Positions 38,528 through 48,060 of a stretch of 64,000 bases of DNA are shown here, one piece after another (the stretch's first letter is position 1; the number at the start of each line of letters is the position of its first letter). A program made the position numbers and the translations under genes. Origin of the DNA: a virus; the IMG/VR virus record IMGVR_UViG_3300046170_000446, positions 1-64,000 of that record. One strand, 5' to 3'. The notes beneath the pieces are model-generated. The model did no database searches. It saw only the letters and a list, made by a program, of their open reading frames with translations, and was not told where the DNA came from.

Positions 38528-40063
38528 ATGGCATTTCTTAAATACGCACGCGCTCAGATTGTGAAGCCCCACGTTGAGGGCTTACATTGGCGTAAGGTTA
38601 TTACTGCCTCTGATAGAGGTATGAGGAATGTCACGGAGCAGGCTTCCAAAGTTTTGGGAGAGTCCTTCGACCCCTCAAAATATCTACTTACGCACGCCAC
38701 TATTATGGCGAGTGTTCAAGTAGAAGAAGTCCCTAACGCAGACCTGGGTAAGATTACCCACGAAGGTAAAACAATACACCGCAAGTATAGTGATTACCGC
38801 ATCTCTGCTGACACGGACAAATATATCAATAACAACTTAGACGCGTGGTCTAAGGAAGCCCTGCTTAAGTCTTACAAGACCTTTATCGGCGCACACAACT
38901 TTGTGGAGCACGTTCAAATAGAGGACTTGAGTAAGGGGCGCATTATAGATGCTGTGCCGAGAGATATCGGAGACAGCATTTATATTGATATTCTTGTCGC
39001 TACCAACCGCAAACATAAAGACCTCATCGAGTCAATAGAGTCAGGTAAGATGTCAGGTATGAGCATGGGTTGCTCAGTTGATTTTACGATATGTTCTTAC
39101 TGCGGTAATGTTGCCTCTGATGAGACTCAGATGTGTGAGCACATCAAGTATCAAAAGGGGAACGTCTTTTACGATGAGAAGGGCGGTCAGCACCGTATAG
39201 CTGAACTATGTGGACACAAGACGATTGACCCTACAGGAGCGGTTAACTTTGTAGAGGCTTCATGGGTTGCTGTCCCTGCTTTTAGAGGAGCGGTTGCTCG
39301 TAATATATTGTCATGGAGTAAAGAAGAAGAGACAGCGCCTCTAAACGCTGTACCTGAGGAATGGGGGGGCGAGGCTACTGATAGTAAGCCAGTGCTCTCT
39401 AGCCTCCCTACAGGAGAAGATACTCCACTCTTAGCAAAGGTAGCCTTCTTAAAAGAGGCTGGTCTTTGGGATGATGTTGAAGACGCGCTCGAAGAAGAAG
39501 AAGAGTCAGAAGACGGCGAAGACTCTGACGATAGCGACGGAGAGTCAGAAGACGGCGAAGACTCTGACGATAGCGACGGAGAGTCCTCTGATAAAAAGAA
39601 GGGTAAGAAAAACAAGAAGGAAGACCCTACTAAGAAACTCAAAGACCTAGAGAATGATGTCTACGATGAGGTTGTCGGTCGAGTTAAAAACCGCATTAAG
39701 ATCGACCTTAATAAAATGGAGACACCTAAAGGATTAGGCCCTGAAGACAGCACTACCCATATGAATGATACGATCATTAAAGAAGGTAGTGTAAGCAAGC
39801 TCGCCTACGTATCAGCAGTTGAGATGATCAGTAAAACAGCTTCCGACAATCGAGAGATGGTGAGTCTCTTAGAAGATTACAATAAAAAAGTTGGGGTTAA
39901 TATTGAACAATCTCTCTATATGACCGCCTTAAAATTAGGCTCAGATACTAACTATGAGTCGTTAGGCGCTTTTCACAAGTCAGCTTCCTTTTTTCTTGGG
40001 ACTGACCCTAGCCCAACACAGTTAAGAGTCCTTATACGGCTCAGCAAACTACTCAGACATTAA
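38528..40063 (+). CDS. Prohead (capsid maturation) protease with acidic C-terminal extension
   Basis: NNNLDAW..L..SYKTFIG..NFVEH...KGRIIDAV...GMSMGC..CSYCGN..CEH...EASWV..PAF; position between portal and MCP; 39-bp tandem duplication near 39500-39585. Confidence 0.8.
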   Translation: MAFLKYARAQIVKPHVEGLHWRKVITASDRGMRNVTEQASKVLGESFDPSKYLLTHATIMASVQVEEVPNADLGKITHEGKTIHRKYSDYRISADTDKYINNNLDAWSKEALLKSYKTFIGAHNFVEHVQIEDLSKGRIIDAVPRDIGDSIYIDILVATNRKHKDLIESIESGKMSGMSMGCSVDFTICSYCGNVASDETQMCEHIKYQKGNVFYDEKGGQHRIAELCGHKTIDPTGAVNFVEASWVAVPAFRGAVARNILSWSKEEETAPLNAVPEEWGGEATDSKPVLSSLPTGEDTPLLAKVAFLKEAGLWDDVEDALEEEEESEDGEDSDDSDGESEDGEDSDDSDGESSDKKKGKKNKKEDPTKKLKDLENDVYDEVVGRVKNRIKIDLNKMETPKGLGPEDSTTHMNDTIIKEGSVSKLAYVSAVEMISKTASDNREMVSLLEDYNKKVGVNIEQSLYMTALKLGSDTNYESLGAFHKSASFFLGTDPSPTQLRVLIRLSKLLRH

Positions 40064-40075
40064 GGAGACACTAAT

Positions 40076-41710
40076 ATGTCTAGGAACCGATTGACTTGGC
40101 GAAGTGCTTCAGCACACCCTGCCACTCCTTGGGAGGGTCACACCCACCCTGCATCTTACGAAGACCCTGTAGAGGATGCTTACGGGATCGACTCTGACTT
40201 TGGCGCAGAGGTAACCGAAGGCCCTTACAGCAACGGTATGCCTCCTGCTTCACAGGGTTGGGTTTCTGACCACCCTGCGTCACGTCGCCACCTTGAGCGT
40301 AAGGCTTCGCGCTGTATTCAAATCGCACAATCAATGCTCGGTAAGACTGCAAGCGCCCTTGAGATTGAAGACCAAGCTCTCGCACTTATGGACTTGAGCG
40401 ACGGTGAGGTTAACCGTACTCTGTCTCGCGTAGCTTCTTCTTTCATGGTCGCTGAGGACATGGAGGATGACGTTGAGGCTGGAATGTTCGCTGAGGACAT
40501 GGAGGCTCACGATCTCTTCGACGCGTATGACGTTGAGGGAAACGGCATGATTAGCCGTAACGAGTTTGGTGGCTCTGATGATGTCTTCGACGCAATCGAC
40601 CTCGATAATGACGAGATGCTCTCACCTTACGAGGTAAGCCAAGGTCTTGGTCAAGGTTTCTCAAGAGAAGACGACCTCTCTAACGTAGAGAATGAGCTCG
40701 ACTACCTTGAGGATGAGGTCGAGGCTCTTGAGGATGAGCTCGGTATTACTGCGGAAGATATCGAAGCTGACCGCAAATGGGGTATGAAAGGCCCTCGCGG
40801 TAAGTACAAAGGTGGCAAAGGCTACTTCTCCGCTCCTAAAGCTCGCAAAGGCATTAAGCAACCTCTTAAGCCTTGGGTTCGCGGTGGCGCAAACAAAGCT
40901 ATGAAGCAGTACAACCGCCAATACGGTGCTACCTACCTTGATGATAGCGGTCAGCGTAAGACTAAGGGTCGTAAGAAGCTCAGAAGAAACAAGAAGGCTT
41001 CTGAAGAGCTGGCTACTTACATGGATCTTCCTCAGAACCACGCGCACGCTTTCTACTCAGACGATGAGTCTAACAACTTCGAGATAACCGCAAGTGATAT
41101 CGAGGCTGAGCTCGCTTCTATCGCAGACGAGATCGAGGCTTGTGAAGCAGAGATGCAAATGGCAAACGAGATTGAGGCTTGCGGTATGTATGCTGAGGAC
41201 ACTGAGGCTATGCACACGGCTGAGGACATCGAGGCTGACCTTTTCGCTGAGGATGTTGATGCTATGCACTGCGCTGACGACGACGACGACGACGACAGCG
41301 ACGTTGAGGCTATGCTCGCAGAGATGCTTGCTGAGCTAGACGGAGACACTGAGGCTTGTACTGCTGAGGATACTGAGGCTATGCAGATGGCTGAGGACAC
41401 CGACCTTAACGCATCTCTTGAGCCCCACGCAGATGACAACATGGGACTCAACGCTGGCGATATGGAAGCTGACGAAACTCTCGCGGCTCTCTTCAAAGCG
41501 GCATCTGACGATGATGACGAAGACGAAGACGAGACTCAAGACGAGGACGAGTCTGAGGGTACTTCTAAGAAAGCATCTCTCAAGCCACAAGGTCGCAAGT
41601 CTAGCGAGGGCGTTAAGTCACTCGGCGCGATCAACAAAGAGGCTTCAAGCGAGGTTAATGATCTCGCTAAACTTTGGGAGTCTGCACCTGACGTAAAGGC
41701 TTTCTTCTGA
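40076..41710 (+). CDS. Probable scaffold/core protein with EF-hand pair and embedded basic segment
   Basis: Very acidic AEDxEA repeats; DVEGNGMISRNE and DLDNDEMLSPYE; many KxAS; high-expression codon bias; C-terminal LWESAPDVKAFF. Confidence 0.75.
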   Translation: MSRNRLTWRSASAHPATPWEGHTHPASYEDPVEDAYGIDSDFGAEVTEGPYSNGMPPASQGWVSDHPASRRHLERKASRCIQIAQSMLGKTASALEIEDQALALMDLSDGEVNRTLSRVASSFMVAEDMEDDVEAGMFAEDMEAHDLFDAYDVEGNGMISRNEFGGSDDVFDAIDLDNDEMLSPYEVSQGLGQGFSREDDLSNVENELDYLEDEVEALEDELGITAEDIEADRKWGMKGPRGKYKGGKGYFSAPKARKGIKQPLKPWVRGGANKAMKQYNRQYGATYLDDSGQRKTKGRKKLRRNKKASEELATYMDLPQNHAHAFYSDDESNNFEITASDIEAELASIADEIEACEAEMQMANEIEACGMYAEDTEAMHTAEDIEADLFAEDVDAMHCADDDDDDDSDVEAMLAEMLAELDGDTEACTAEDTEAMQMAEDTDLNASLEPHADDNMGLNAGDMEADETLAALFKAASDDDDEDEDETQDEDESEGTSKKASLKPQGRKSSEGVKSLGAINKEASSEVNDLAKLWESAPDVKAFF

Positions 41711-41755
41711 GATTAGCCTGACAGTGCGCACCTAACCTTATAACGGTTAGGCTCG

Positions 41756-41806
41756 AAAAAAGGTGAGGGCTCAGGGACTTAGTTTCCCTGAGCCCTCACC
41801 TTTTTT
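41756..41806. terminator. Bidirectional rho-independent terminator with 22-bp perfect stem including the A/T tails
   Basis: AAAAAAGGTGAGGGCTCAGGGA-CTTAGTT-TCCCTGAGCCCTCACCTTTTTT. Confidence 0.9.
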
Positions 41807-41915
41807 CAATAACTGATAAATACTCTGACCTAATATTAACGAGTATTACTCACAGAGCTTATTTCACATTACACTTGCTCTCTGAACAGGGAGTATCAGC
41901 GAAAGGTTTAATCCT

Positions 41916-42587
41916 ATGGCTATGCTTGGACAGGCAAGTGGTGGTTTCACAGAGTCTTCATCTTCATTGCGTCTTCTTCACGTCGGTGTCCGTAACACCG
42001 TCGGTGTTTTGACTGATGATGCGTTTACTCAGACGAACCCACCCGTCGTTAGTACCGCAGGTACTGTCTCAGATAACGTCCCCACCACCGTACTTGGTGT
42101 TCTTGGTGGCTCAGTTGCTTTCTCACGTCCTGACGCAGGTTCAAACTTCGTCGGTGGCAACGTAGAAGGTCTTGCTGTCGCTACTCAAGAGACTTTTGTA
42201 CGTCCTCTTGGTGTCTTTCTTAACAACGCGAATGGTCGCCCATTCGAGAACCTTCCTGCTCAGGCGAGCGGTAAAGGCCCTTACGTTTCTGCGCAGGGTA
42301 CTTACGCAAACTCTCTCTTTGAGACTCAGGCTCTCGACACTGACGGTGCGAACGTCGCTCAAGGCGCTGACCTCACCTACACCGTAGGTGCAGAGCTCAT
42401 CGCTTCTCGTAACGGCTACCTCATGCCTCGTAACACCATCGACTCAGCAGGCGCTGTCGCATCTATCGACATCGCGGCTATTTCGGCTGAGGTTGAGCAT
42501 GGTCGTACTGCTTCTACCACCATCGGTATCCTTAAGATGCCTGCTGACTCGACTCAAAACGAGTTGGTCTACGACCAGCGCATTTAA
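41916..42587 (+). CDS. Capsid decoration/cement protein
   Basis: Immediately upstream of MCP, strong high-expression codon bias, beta-rich, RPLGVF..N..G.PFEN.PA.ASGK. Confidence 0.7.
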   Translation: MAMLGQASGGFTESSSSLRLLHVGVRNTVGVLTDDAFTQTNPPVVSTAGTVSDNVPTTVLGVLGGSVAFSRPDAGSNFVGGNVEGLAVATQETFVRPLGVFLNNANGRPFENLPAQASGKGPYVSAQGTYANSLFETQALDTDGANVAQGADLTYTVGAELIASRNGYLMPRNTIDSAGAVASIDIAAISAEVEHGRTASTTIGILKMPADSTQNELVYDQRI

Positions 42588-42602
42588 TAGGAGGACAGTA
42601 AC

Positions 42603-43481
42603 ATGAGCGCACCAGTAACTAACGCAGTTAAATCTAAGATTATCAGCGATTACATTAAGACTCCGCAGGGTCGTGCGAAGCTCGCCGCTTCAATGACTCA
42701 GCCACTTCGTACTCGCCGTGACTATAGCTCTGTCGGACGTAAGACTTTCTTGGTCGAGCAACTCCCTGACGGCGCACTTCCGATCTACGACAAAGACCCT
42801 GACGTGACCGCGTTCGTGGTTGGTGAAGAGGGCGAGAACATTCTTGCTATCACCAAGCCACGTCGTGTGATCTTCCCTCTTTTCGAGATCGCATCAAACC
42901 CTGAGATCCCTCTCACGCAGATTAAAGAGCGCCGTTTCGACCTCATCGAGCGTGCTCAGGATCTCGCTCGCGCACAGATCCAGGCGGCAGAGGACGAGCG
43001 CGTCTTCAGCATCCTCGATGCTATCGCGACTGAGGGCTTTGACAGCCTCCCAGGTGGTACTAACGCAGACATCCCTGTCGTTGCACCTATCAGTGGGTCT
43101 GTTCTTGCTGACGCATACAGCCTCATCGAGCGCCACGATCTCCGTGTTGCACGCGTCTTCATGAACGCACGCGATTACGCAGACGTTCGTAAGTTTGGTC
43201 GCGACATTCTCGACATCGAGTCTCAGGCAACTCTCCTCAAGACTGGTCTTCAGGCTAGCCTTTGGGGTGCTCAGATCATCACTAGCCGTATCGTACCTGT
43301 TGGTACTGTTTACGTCTGCTGTGAGCCTGAGATGTTCGGTCGCATCCCTGTCCGTACTGAGCTTACTGTCCTCAGCGCAGATGACCCTAAGGCTCGTACT
43401 GTCGGTTTCTCTTGCTTCGAGAACCTCGGTATCGGTGCATTCAACCCTCGCGGGCTCGTTCGCCTCACTATCACTCGCTAA
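42603..43481 (+). CDS. Major capsid protein (HK97 fold)
   Basis: GRAKLAASMTQPLR.RRDY..VGRK.FLVE.LP.GALP.YD; FEIASNP; IQAAED; terminal GIGAFNPRG; AGGAGG RBS; extreme codon bias. Confidence 0.9.
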   Translation: MSAPVTNAVKSKIISDYIKTPQGRAKLAASMTQPLRTRRDYSSVGRKTFLVEQLPDGALPIYDKDPDVTAFVVGEEGENILAITKPRRVIFPLFEIASNPEIPLTQIKERRFDLIERAQDLARAQIQAAEDERVFSILDAIATEGFDSLPGGTNADIPVVAPISGSVLADAYSLIERHDLRVARVFMNARDYADVRKFGRDILDIESQATLLKTGLQASLWGAQIITSRIVPVGTVYVCCEPEMFGRIPVRTELTVLSADDPKARTVGFSCFENLGIGAFNPRGLVRLTITR

Positions 43482-43537
43482 TATTAACAGCTTGTGATTA
43501 GGCGCTCTCCTTAGGGAAGCGCATAAGGGTTAAGAAG

Positions 43538-43571
43538 AAACCCTGTCTCTCTCTGAGGGGCAGGGTTTTTT
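43538..43571 (+). terminator. Rho-independent terminator after MCP
   Basis: AAACCCTGTCTCTC-TCT-GAGGGGCAGGGTTTTTT. Confidence 0.85.
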
Positions 43572-43623
43572 CGTTTTTCCAACCATATTAAAAGTCCTGT
43601 AGGTTAAACGAAAGGACACCACT

Positions 43624-44151
43624 ATGATGAGGATCTTAGCCCTATTAATACTCTCTCTCCCTATTAGCTCTTATGCTAATGACCACAACCCTTGGGAAGT
43701 GAGCTTAGGCACTACTCAAATGTTCTTTGGGTGGTATGGTGAGGACTCCTCTCAAGTGCCTACCTCCTCTGCTACTCTAATCTTATCGAGAGAGCTTATC
43801 GGAGGTCTTTCCGCATGGGGAGTATTCAACTTGCCTCTAACTCCTAACAAAAGAGTTACCGCAGAGGGTGTGATTGAGGACACCATTACACTGCCTACCC
43901 TAATGTTAGGTCTAAGCTATGAGGCTCTGAGTTATCAATACGACGAGCGCAAAAGAATAGGCTTAGACGCAGGGCTTTCTGTAGGAAGACCGCTAACTCT
44001 AAAGGGTCAAGTGTTCCCTGTAGGGGCTTTTCGCCTCAAGCTCGTTAAAGATAACGAGAACACTGTCTACGTAGGGTTGACCACCTCACCTTACAACCCT
44101 GAAGGTGATTTGGTTTGGGGACTAATCTACGGAATGGGTACTAAATTTTAA
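43624..44151 (+). CDS. Signal-peptide protein, probable small outer-membrane beta-barrel
   Basis: Cleavable signal (..SSYA/ND), alternating beta strands, C-terminal WGLIYGMGTKF ending in Phe. Confidence 0.7.
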   Translation: MMRILALLILSLPISSYANDHNPWEVSLGTTQMFFGWYGEDSSQVPTSSATLILSRELIGGLSAWGVFNLPLTPNKRVTAEGVIEDTITLPTLMLGLSYEALSYQYDERKRIGLDAGLSVGRPLTLKGQVFPVGAFRLKLVKDNENTVYVGLTTSPYNPEGDLVWGLIYGMGTKF

Positions 44152-45174
44152 AGTCCACAGGTGCTCTCTAAAAGCACTCTAGCTACCTCATAAGGGTCAG
44201 CGTTAGCGTTAGGTCGCCTGTCTTCTAAATACCCACAACCTGCGTCATAAACATTAGCAGGGATACGAACAGAAGCGGTGCGGTCTGACACTCCCCACTT
44301 AAACTCGTCGTAGCGACACGTCTCATGGTGGCCTGTAAGTCGGATTTCGTACCCTGCGCCGTACACATCTAAGTGCTCTTGTACGCGACCGCTAATCTTA
44401 AACAGTGCGTCCTCGATATGTGTCATCCCGTTTTCTTGCCTCATAGCTTCAGTAGAGAAGTTAGTGTGCATACCCGCGCCGTTCCAATCACCAGGTACAG
44501 GCTTAGGGTCTAAGGTTGCAGAGAGCCCGTAATCTTCACCCAAGCGGTATAATAACCAACGTGCTATCCACAGATCATCACTTGCCCTGAGCGCATCTCC
44601 TTCAGGGCCTCCGATTTGAAACTCCCACTGTCCAGGCATGACCTCAGCATTAATGCCTGTTAACATTAGGTCTGCCTCTAAGCAAACTTTCATGTGATGC
44701 TCTACGAGAGCTCGACCGTACACCTCATCAGCGCCTACTCCACAATAATAAGGGCCTTGCTCAGCGGGAAAACGTCTCTCTGAAGGGAAGCCCAACGGAC
44801 GAGAGCCTTTATAGAGAGTGTACTCTTGCTCGAAGCCGAACCAAGCCTTTTCTTTATCTGCTCCGTTAGACAAGACCTCTCTTAAGAGCGCCCTTGTGTT
44901 GGTAGAGTGAGGTTTCTTATCTGCCCCATAGACTTCGCACATTAAGAGGATAGCTCCTTCTCCCCTAATAGGGTCTTTATATGCTCTCACGGGCTTCAAG
45001 ATGCAATCTGAGCTCCCTCCCTCCGCCTGTGAGGTAGAAGACCCATCAAACTGCCACTCAGGGAGGTTTACCGCTAGAGGGACGACCTCACCCCCCGATG
45101 ATCTTTGTCTTAGAACGTAATCTAGCGGTAGGCTTAGATCCGTCAACCCATATGTATTCAACTGCTCTTTTCAT
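44148..45174 (-). CDS. glnII: Glutamine synthetase type II (one surplus base in G6 run at 45091-45096)
   Basis: True N-terminus MKRAVEYIWVDG...LRSKTK from ATG 45174; WQFDGSST, GFEQEY, NAEVMPGQWEFQ, DWNGAGMHTNFST, YLEDRRP. Confidence 0.93.
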
Positions 45175-45251
45175 TAATGCCTCGTTTTTTTCTTATCCTT
45201 TGAACCTTGTAGTAACCTATGCCCCTACTCTACGGGAGGGAAAATATTATT

Positions 45252-45575
45252 ATGGATTTTCACGTAAGATTAGCAAGACTTAATGAGAGGCTAGAAACCC
45301 TTCAAGAAGGCTTAAACGGTAGAACCGCAGGCTTTCCCTCTAGTTTTGAAAAGTTGGTAAGAGGTAGAGTCGAGAACCCTCGGAAGCGACAAAGGATTAT
45401 GGCGTTGAAAGCTCGCCTCGATAATGGGGATTACTCAGGATCATTTGAGAGACGAGAGATCCACCTTGAGATCCAGCATCTTCTTCTCCCCCCAAAAGAT
45501 CATTACAAGGCAAAGATGACCTCACCAAGACCCTCACGTCAAGGATATGCGAATGTTTATAAGCGAAATCAATAA
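45252..45575 (+). CDS. Hypothetical basic protein with N-terminal VRLARL...RTAG tag
   Basis: MDFHVRLARLNERLETLQEGLNGRTAG. Confidence 0.7.
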   Translation: MDFHVRLARLNERLETLQEGLNGRTAGFPSSFEKLVRGRVENPRKRQRIMALKARLDNGDYSGSFERREIHLEIQHLLLPPKDHYKAKMTSPRPSRQGYANVYKRNQ

Positions 45576-45630
45576 GATATCTATTTACCTTTCTTAATAT
45601 AAAAACCTCCAACTTAAAAGGAGCTCAGTT

Positions 45631-46074
45631 ATGAGTTTTGAACGACGTATCGCAAGTCTACAAATCCGCCTCGCAAGCCTAAAGTCTAACCTCTCAGGTG
45701 TTGGTAAGATGCACTACTGCCAGTTGCCCAATGGAAGCAGACTCGGCGTTATGGCACTCCAAGGCGCTGGTCAATTGAGACTCGGCTTCCAATATGGGAA
45801 TGGCGCTTACTCACATCAAGACACTGTTTCTAATCTCAGAGACTGTCTGAAAGATATGAAGAGAGACGGAGCGCTCGCCTCACTTGGAAAAGAATACCGA
45901 GGCCCGATGTGCTCATTCTTGCTCCCTAATGGACAACAGTTTGGGATGTATGTAATTTGCGGTCGTATGGGCGATTGCCGTCTCGGTTTCCAGTGTGGCA
46001 ATGGCTCATACTCACACCTTGGCACTCTTGAAGACATGAGAGCAATCATCGACGACGGTATCCTAGACCACTAA
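45631..46074 (+). CDS. Two-repeat beta protein with N-terminal RRIAS..IRLASL tag
   Basis: LPNG..LG.....RLGFQ.GNG.YSH duplicated; AAGGAG RBS. Confidence 0.8.
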   Translation: MSFERRIASLQIRLASLKSNLSGVGKMHYCQLPNGSRLGVMALQGAGQLRLGFQYGNGAYSHQDTVSNLRDCLKDMKRDGALASLGKEYRGPMCSFLLPNGQQFGMYVICGRMGDCRLGFQCGNGSYSHLGTLEDMRAIIDDGILDH

Positions 46075-46151
46075 GAAAAATACCGTTCCCCTTAAAAGCC
46101 TATAAAGTCTTCTCCATAGCGTCCTAATTCTATACGTAAGGCGGTGTGGAG

Positions 46152-47049
46152 ATGACTCATAAGATACATAAGCAGAGCTGTGTCATCGCGGTAAGCGAAA
46201 AAGAAGACAAGCCTATCCTCTTTAAGATTAGAGATCGCAAATACGTCCCTAAACTAAGAGTCTACCATGAGCTTGTGAACGGTGTAGAAGTCCTATACGT
46301 CAAAGACGAGATCACCGCATGGATAGAGGGCATTAACGAGTATGGTATCGGTGTGATTAACTCCGCCCTACTCGTTAAGCGTGACGAGAACGAACATCTC
46401 AACCCTATCCGAAGAAAACGGCAAGGTAGGGTAATGTCTAGAGACGGCAACCGAGTTTTAAAGATACTCGCTAGCCGTAATATTGAAGAAGCCCTAGACA
46501 TGACACTCAAATATGATGACGGGATCAAAGGACACACCTTCATCTCTGACGGCACAACCACGTATGCAGTAGAGCACACTAGTAAACTCAAGCCTAAGCA
46601 CCGTAAGCTCAGAGGTAAAGCCACCCATGTGCGCACCAATCACGGGCTACTCTACCCCTGGAGCGGGCTACTCAGGAGGCGCACCTCTTGAGTCTTCTGT
46701 ACAGCGTAAGAAAATGGTTGAGCGCGTACTCAGGAAGTCTGAGAAGATTAAAGACATTAGCCCTGACCTCTTTAACGAGAGCTTAAAGTCTAAGCAAAAC
46801 TTTAACTCTGCTGTGCGTAAAGGTAAGGGGGAGATGTTCACCTCCTCCCTCATGGCGATCAACCTTAAAGAGCTTAAAATTATGCTCTACATATTAGAAG
46901 ACAAAGGCGACTACCTCGGATACCGAAATCACATCAACGGGCAGACTAAATGCACCTTTGATGTGTATCGGTTCAACAAGAAAAACAAGATAGAGAGGCT
47001 AGGTAACAAGCCTGATCAGTTTGTCGAAGACGTGCCTAAAGATATGTAG
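46152..47049 (+). CDS. Ntn-hydrolase (peptidase C45/choloylglycine hydrolase-like); one surplus base at 46655-46658
   Basis: N-proximal Cys (SCVIAVS), FKIRDR, EGINEYGIGVINSAL, VRTNHG; the two track ORFs join on removing one C. Confidence 0.8.
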
Positions 47050-47118
47050 CCTAACGCTCTAATCTTTTTATGAGCTTCATTAAGTTAGAAAACACCATAT
47101 GCAAAGAGGTACAGGATT

Positions 47119-48060
47119 ATGAAGAAAGTCGCCGCTAGTAAACTAAGGAAGATAGCTAAAGCGAGCAGAGAAGTAGGTGCTTCAGACGTTGAACATCTCG
47201 CTCTCTTCGCTTTAGGGGAGATCGGCACTACAGACGGGCTCTCTAAGCACGCAAGTTCTAATCTTATCGCGGGCATTAAAATAAAGATGCTCGATGGGAT
47301 TGCTAAGTTTAGTATGAAGGCATCTAAGTTTTCTCAGGAAGACCCTACGGTTAAAAAGATTAGAGATTTCATCCACAAAGAGAAGCTCGTAAGTCGGATC
47401 TACCATTCAGTTCACAGCAAAGCCTATGACAAAATGGAGCAACCTTCAAACTGGGTAGAGAAGCGCATTAAGAAGTACCTAATGAGCATGACCTCCACTT
47501 CTGATCTCCTCCGAGCTTGTGCATCTCTCATCTCAGCACGAAACATAGAAGAGCTCTCAGAGTCTATCGGTGTTAGCTCACTTACGCTAAAAAAACACCT
47601 AGACCCTAATCTCGACACTCAGAGCAAGTTTAAGAAGTACACTCCTGCGGTAATAGAGCACGCAATTGATTACTTCGCCGTTGTCAAAGACGCTCAGATC
47701 TTCGGTGTGAAACTTGCGATCATCCTCTTTAAAGGGATGGTCGTCGGAGGTATCTACGCGCTTTTCACAGGTAAGGCAATGTCTGTAGTGCTTGCAGGAG
47801 TCGGCGTGACTTTTGGATGGTTCTTAGCAGGGGTCGTCTTAGGTCTTTTATTTACGAGCCATAAGAGCACCGCGTCGTTCCTTAGGAAGTCAGGAGTATT
47901 TTTTGGGCTCATACCTCTAGCTATCTTAAATGACCTAGTTTCCTTCATAGGATGGTCGAAAGAAAAAATCGCTGGTATTATGCGGGCTATCTCAGGGCGC
48001 TTGGCTGAGGCTAAAGCGAACCTAACTCAGTCAGAAAGCCAGTCTCAATACGCTTATTAA
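47119..48060 (+). CDS. Membrane protein with KxAS motifs (possible ejected/pilot protein)
   Basis: KKVAAS, KHAS; 2-3 hydrophobic helices in the C-terminal third. Confidence 0.75.
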   Translation: MKKVAASKLRKIAKASREVGASDVEHLALFALGEIGTTDGLSKHASSNLIAGIKIKMLDGIAKFSMKASKFSQEDPTVKKIRDFIHKEKLVSRIYHSVHSKAYDKMEQPSNWVEKRIKKYLMSMTSTSDLLRACASLISARNIEELSESIGVSSLTLKKHLDPNLDTQSKFKKYTPAVIEHAIDYFAVVKDAQIFGVKLAIILFKGMVVGGIYALFTGKAMSVVLAGVGVTFGWFLAGVVLGLLFTSHKSTASFLRKSGVFFGLIPLAILNDLVSFIGWSKEKIAGIMRAISGRLAEAKANLTQSESQSQYAY

